This document shows positions 61,327 through 64,000 of a stretch of DNA of 64,000 bases, in pieces. Made by a program: the position numbers and the translations under genes. Position 1 is the first letter of the stretch. Each line of letters begins with the position of its first letter. The notes beneath the pieces are model-generated. The model searched no databases and was not told the origin of the DNA. It was given only the letters and a program-made list of their open reading frames with translations. The stretch covers positions 323,067 through 387,066 of the forward strand of contig JASEGC010000001.1 of NCBI GenBank assembly GCA_030018415.1, given 5' to 3'. The DNA is from Candidatus Aenigmatarchaeota archaeon (lineage in GTDB: Archaea > Aenigmatarchaeota > Aenigmatarchaeia > CG10238-14).

Positions 61327-61440
61327 TGGACCGGCAGGGATTTGAACCCTGAGCCTCTTCATTGCAGCTTGAAGCTCATGCCTTTTCCGCTGAACTAAGG
61401 AAGCGATCTTGGCATCATTCTACCATTGATCTACCGGCCC
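61327..61440 (-). tRNA. tRNA-Ala(GGC) with three BHB introns
   Basis: G3:U70 acceptor pair; introns at 61408-61419, 61383-61396 and 61361-61376; spliced product is a 72-nt cloverleaf. Confidence 0.88.
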
Positions 61441-61583
61441 AAAACGTTTAATAATTAATGATATCGTTAATAGTTTCTTTTAATATGTAGATTTGGCGTG
61501 AAATATTTTTACTCGTTTATCATGAGTTTTGCCATGTTTTGATTTTAAACATCGCTAAAGACTTCGATTTTGTCCCAAGACCA

Positions 61584-61760
61584 TTACTCTTTTTTTTCAG
61601 AGAATTTAACCCATTTCACCTTCTTTGGATCTCTGCCCATTTTCCAATTTTTTTCACATTTTTTTGAACAAAAATATCTAATAGTGCCTGATTTGAGAAC
61701 TAACATTTTTCCTCTACCTGGACTTAACCTCCCTCCACAAAAGGAACACCTCAAAATCAT
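61584..61760 (-). CDS. rpl24e: 50S ribosomal protein eL24 (58 aa, not in ORF track)
   Basis: CSFCG...PGRGKM...FCSKKCEKN...DPKKVKW. Confidence 0.93.
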   Translation of the reverse strand: MILRCSFCGGRLSPGRGKMLVLKSGTIRYFCSKKCEKNWKMGRDPKKVKWVKFSEKKE

Positions 61761-61966
61761 CTACCTTCCATCTTACCTGCAGCTTCCATTTCAGTCTCTC
61801 TTAACATCAGTATATCTCCTTGTCTTATTGGTCCGAAGACATTCCTTATCAGTATTTTTCCCCTGTCAACACCATCTAAAACTCTACACCTTACTCGCAT
61901 CACTCCTCTTACACCTGTTCTACCTAACAATTGAACAACTTCTGCTGGTACTGCTTCCTCCGGCAT
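61757..61966 (-). CDS. rps28e: 30S ribosomal protein eS28
   Basis: GRTGVRG and [13 protein letters not shown] motifs. Confidence 0.95.
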   Translation of the reverse strand: MPEEAVPAEVVQLLGRTGVRGVMRVRCRVLDGVDRGKILIRNVFGPIRQGDILMLRETEMEAAGKMEGR

Positions 61967-61970
61967 CCTA

Positions 61971-62324
61971 TCACTTCATCGTTTTTATTTTTCTGATGAT
62001 ATCCTCGACTAAATCCTTGGCTTCTCCCGGTTCGACGACACAAGCCGAGGCCGTGCTTACGTTGATACCGACAGCTCTACCTAATTCTTCTTTAGATGGG
62101 ACATAGACATAATCACACTTTTTCTCTTCACAGAGGATTGGTAAATGCATAACAATCTCTTTAGGTTCTACATCCTTCGCGATAACAACCAATTTTGCCA
62201 CTCCTCTTTCGATAGCTTTAGTAGTTTCATTAGTTCCTTTCTTTATTTTTCCGGTATTCTTAGCTATTTCTATGGCTTGCAAAACTTTATCGATCAAATC
62301 TTTGGGTATCTCAAACTCAGTCAT
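61971..62324 (-). CDS. rpl7ae: 50S ribosomal protein eL8 (L7Ae)
   Basis: [14 protein letters not shown] and VVIAKDVEP motifs; GGAGGTGA RBS. Confidence 0.97.
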   Translation of the reverse strand: MTEFEIPKDLIDKVLQAIEIAKNTGKIKKGTNETTKAIERGVAKLVVIAKDVEPKEIVMHLPILCEEKKCDYVYVPSKEELGRAVGINVSTASACVVEPGEAKDLVEDIIRKIKTMK

Positions 62325-62365
62325 CAAATTTCACCTCCTCTAAAGGATCGATCTTCATCACCCGA
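62317..62365 (-). promoter_or_regulatory. Putative K-turn (box C/D-like) autoregulatory 5' UTR of rpl7ae
   Basis: GTGATGA at 62355-62361 and TGATGACTGA spanning the start codon. Confidence 0.5.
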
Positions 62366-62397
62366 TAAACAAAACAAGTATTTAATATTTATAAATT

Positions 62398-64000
62398 TTA
62401 CCTGTGTGTGAAATAGAGGACTAGTCTTGGTTTTGTCTGATCAATCCTGGTAAATCCTATTCTTATTAGCTGTATCCTATCATCAACTTTAAGTTTTTTA
62501 ATTTCAGGTTCTGCTACACATTCTTTCACACTACCGTCAGACATGACAATTTTTATCGGAACATTCTCTTCAGAAACCCATTGTATCTTCGGCATTTTCA
62601 TCACAAGTTTTTTGGATGTAAATTTCGCCTTTCTATCGAGCTTGACGTTAAACAAACCAATCAGACGAATTTCCTTCCCTTTAAATTTGTCAAAATCTTC
62701 TCTCGAGATTAAAATCTTGTTGAGGTTAACTGGTATCTCTCTAAAACCCCTTTTTGGGAAATCAGGATGCAGATGAACTTTAACTTTGTCTATCTCAGGG
62801 GCATCAATGATTTTAATCTCTTCAGGATTAAAAACAGCAAAGTATCTGTTGCATTTTGAATCGATGACACTCCTGTTGAAACTTTCTAATACATCCCAAG
62901 TTAACATGGATTCTGTTTTAGTAACACCAGTCGATATCAAGAATTCTTTTATCCCTTCTGGGTCAAAACCTCTTTTTTTCAAGGCTATCAATGTAGTCAA
63001 CCTAGGGTCATCCCATCCCGTCAGTTCTTTACTCCGGATCATTTCTCTGATTTGTCTACCAGAAGACGGAACGCCTTCCAAGTTGAACCTTGCCATTTCG
63101 GTTATGTAAGTAATTTTTAGACCAACAGCTTTTTGAATGAATTGTTGTAATTCCTTTCTCATCTCGAATTCCTTTGACCTGACTCTATGTGTCACGCCTT
63201 CCCAACCATCAATTAATGCTGTAGCAAAATCGTACATCGGCCAAACTCTGTATTTGTTTATAGTCCTGGGATGTGGATGATCTATAATCCTCATGATACT
63301 TGGATCTCTCATCGCAGCATTCTTATGGTCCATTGAAATTTTTATCCTGACAGAAGCCTCACCTTCTTTGAAGGTTGTGAACATTTTTTTCCACAGTTCG
63401 AAGTTTTTTTCAACAGGATTATTCCTGCATTTACACTCGATCATGAACCTTCTATTTTTTTTGATTTCACTCTGTTCACATACACAAACGTAAGCCTTGT
63501 TTTCCTTAATCAACTTTTCAGTAGCTTTGTAGAATTCTTCGAGATGATCAGAAGTATAATCTAACTTATCCCATTTTATGCCCAACCATTTTAGACCATT
63601 GATGATTGCATCATAGTATTCATTTTTAACTAATTTTGGGTTTGTATCCTCGAATCGGGTGATAAACTTGCCTTTATACTTCTTAGCATACAGATAGTTG
63701 ACTAACGCAGCCTTTGCATGGCCGAGATGCGGATATTTGCTGGGTTCAGGTGGAAATACAGTCACGACTTTACCAATTTTAGCATTCGGCAAATCTGGTA
63801 GTTCTTTTTTCTCTTCAACTTTTTTTTCAACAGTAACTCCAATTTTTTTAATCTCATTTTGTTGTCTTTCTTTATTCCAAGAGTTTACTTCAGTAACAGT
63901 TTTTTTAATTTCAGGAATTAGTTCCTTAATTTTATTCCTAAACTCTGGTTTCTCAGCAACAATCTTTCCTAGAACTGCCTGTACGTCAGCTTTGCCATCA
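62398..64000 (-). CDS. gltX: Glutamyl-tRNA synthetase (5' end beyond window)
   Basis: PPEPSKYPHLGH, RFEDTNP, WPMYDFA, GWDDPRL and QLIRIGF motifs; frame open to the window end. Confidence 0.95.
   Translation of the reverse strand, partial: DGKADVQAVLGKIVAEKPEFRNKIKELIPEIKKTVTEVNSWNKERQQNEIKKIGVTVEKKVEEKKELPDLPNAKIGKVVTVFPPEPSKYPHLGHAKAALVNYLYAKKYKGKFITRFEDTNPKLVKNEYYDAIINGLKWLGIKWDKLDYTSDHLEEFYKATEKLIKENKAYVCVCEQSEIKKNRRFMIECKCRNNPVEKNFELWKKMFTTFKEGEASVRIKISMDHKNAAMRDPSIMRIIDHPHPRTINKYRVWPMYDFATALIDGWEGVTHRVRSKEFEMRKELQQFIQKAVGLKITYITEMARFNLEGVPSSGRQIREMIRSKELTGWDDPRLTTLIALKKRGFDPEGIKEFLISTGVTKTESMLTWDVLESFNRSVIDSKCNRYFAVFNPEEIKIIDAPEIDKVKVHLHPDFPKRGFREIPVNLNKILISREDFDKFKGKEIRLIGLFNVKLDRKAKFTSKKLVMKMPKIQWVSEENVPIKIVMSDGSVKECVAEPEIKKLKVDDRIQLIRIGFTRIDQTKPRLVLYFTHR

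Noticed and set aside
61341-61376. tRNA-Ala(TGC) reading of the locus
   Set aside because: Needs an 8-nt loop or a mismatched stem and has no valid BHB junctions; the GGC reconstruction fits
214-63493. Numerous short antisense or nested ORFs in the ORF track (for example 214..543 and 61570..62106)
   Set aside because: They overlap well-supported genes and show no motifs
1-64000. CRISPR array or rRNA genes
   Set aside because: No regularly spaced repeats or rRNA-like sequence seen

Overview
AT-rich archaeal chromosome segment (histone, RPA, RadA, AglB, pelota, EndA, RpoD, r-proteins). Gene content and compactness suggest a DPANN lineage, possibly Aenigmarchaeota; this is inference. Bases 1-33.8 kb are a large aglB-linked glycosylation cluster: GT2/GT4/GT-C glycosyltransferases, a flippase, three B12-radical SAM enzymes, methyltransferases and an AsnB-like amidotransferase. 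It is hit by three IS elements with clear TIRs and TSDs and contains several pseudogenes. Bases 33.9-64 kb are mostly informational genes with small accessory inserts. The standout signal is extreme tRNA fragmentation. Manual bulge-helix-bulge (BHB) dissection gives tRNA-Phe(GAA) with five introns (4/5, 22/23, 30/31, 42/43, 59/60), tRNA-Ala(GGC) with three (22/23, 33/34, 39/40) and tRNA-Leu(TAA) with two (37/38 and variable arm). About 1 kb from the tRNA-Phe lies a splicing endonuclease that appears to have Ser in place of the catalytic Lys, plus a Lys-rich loop insertion. All calls are by eye; no searches were run.
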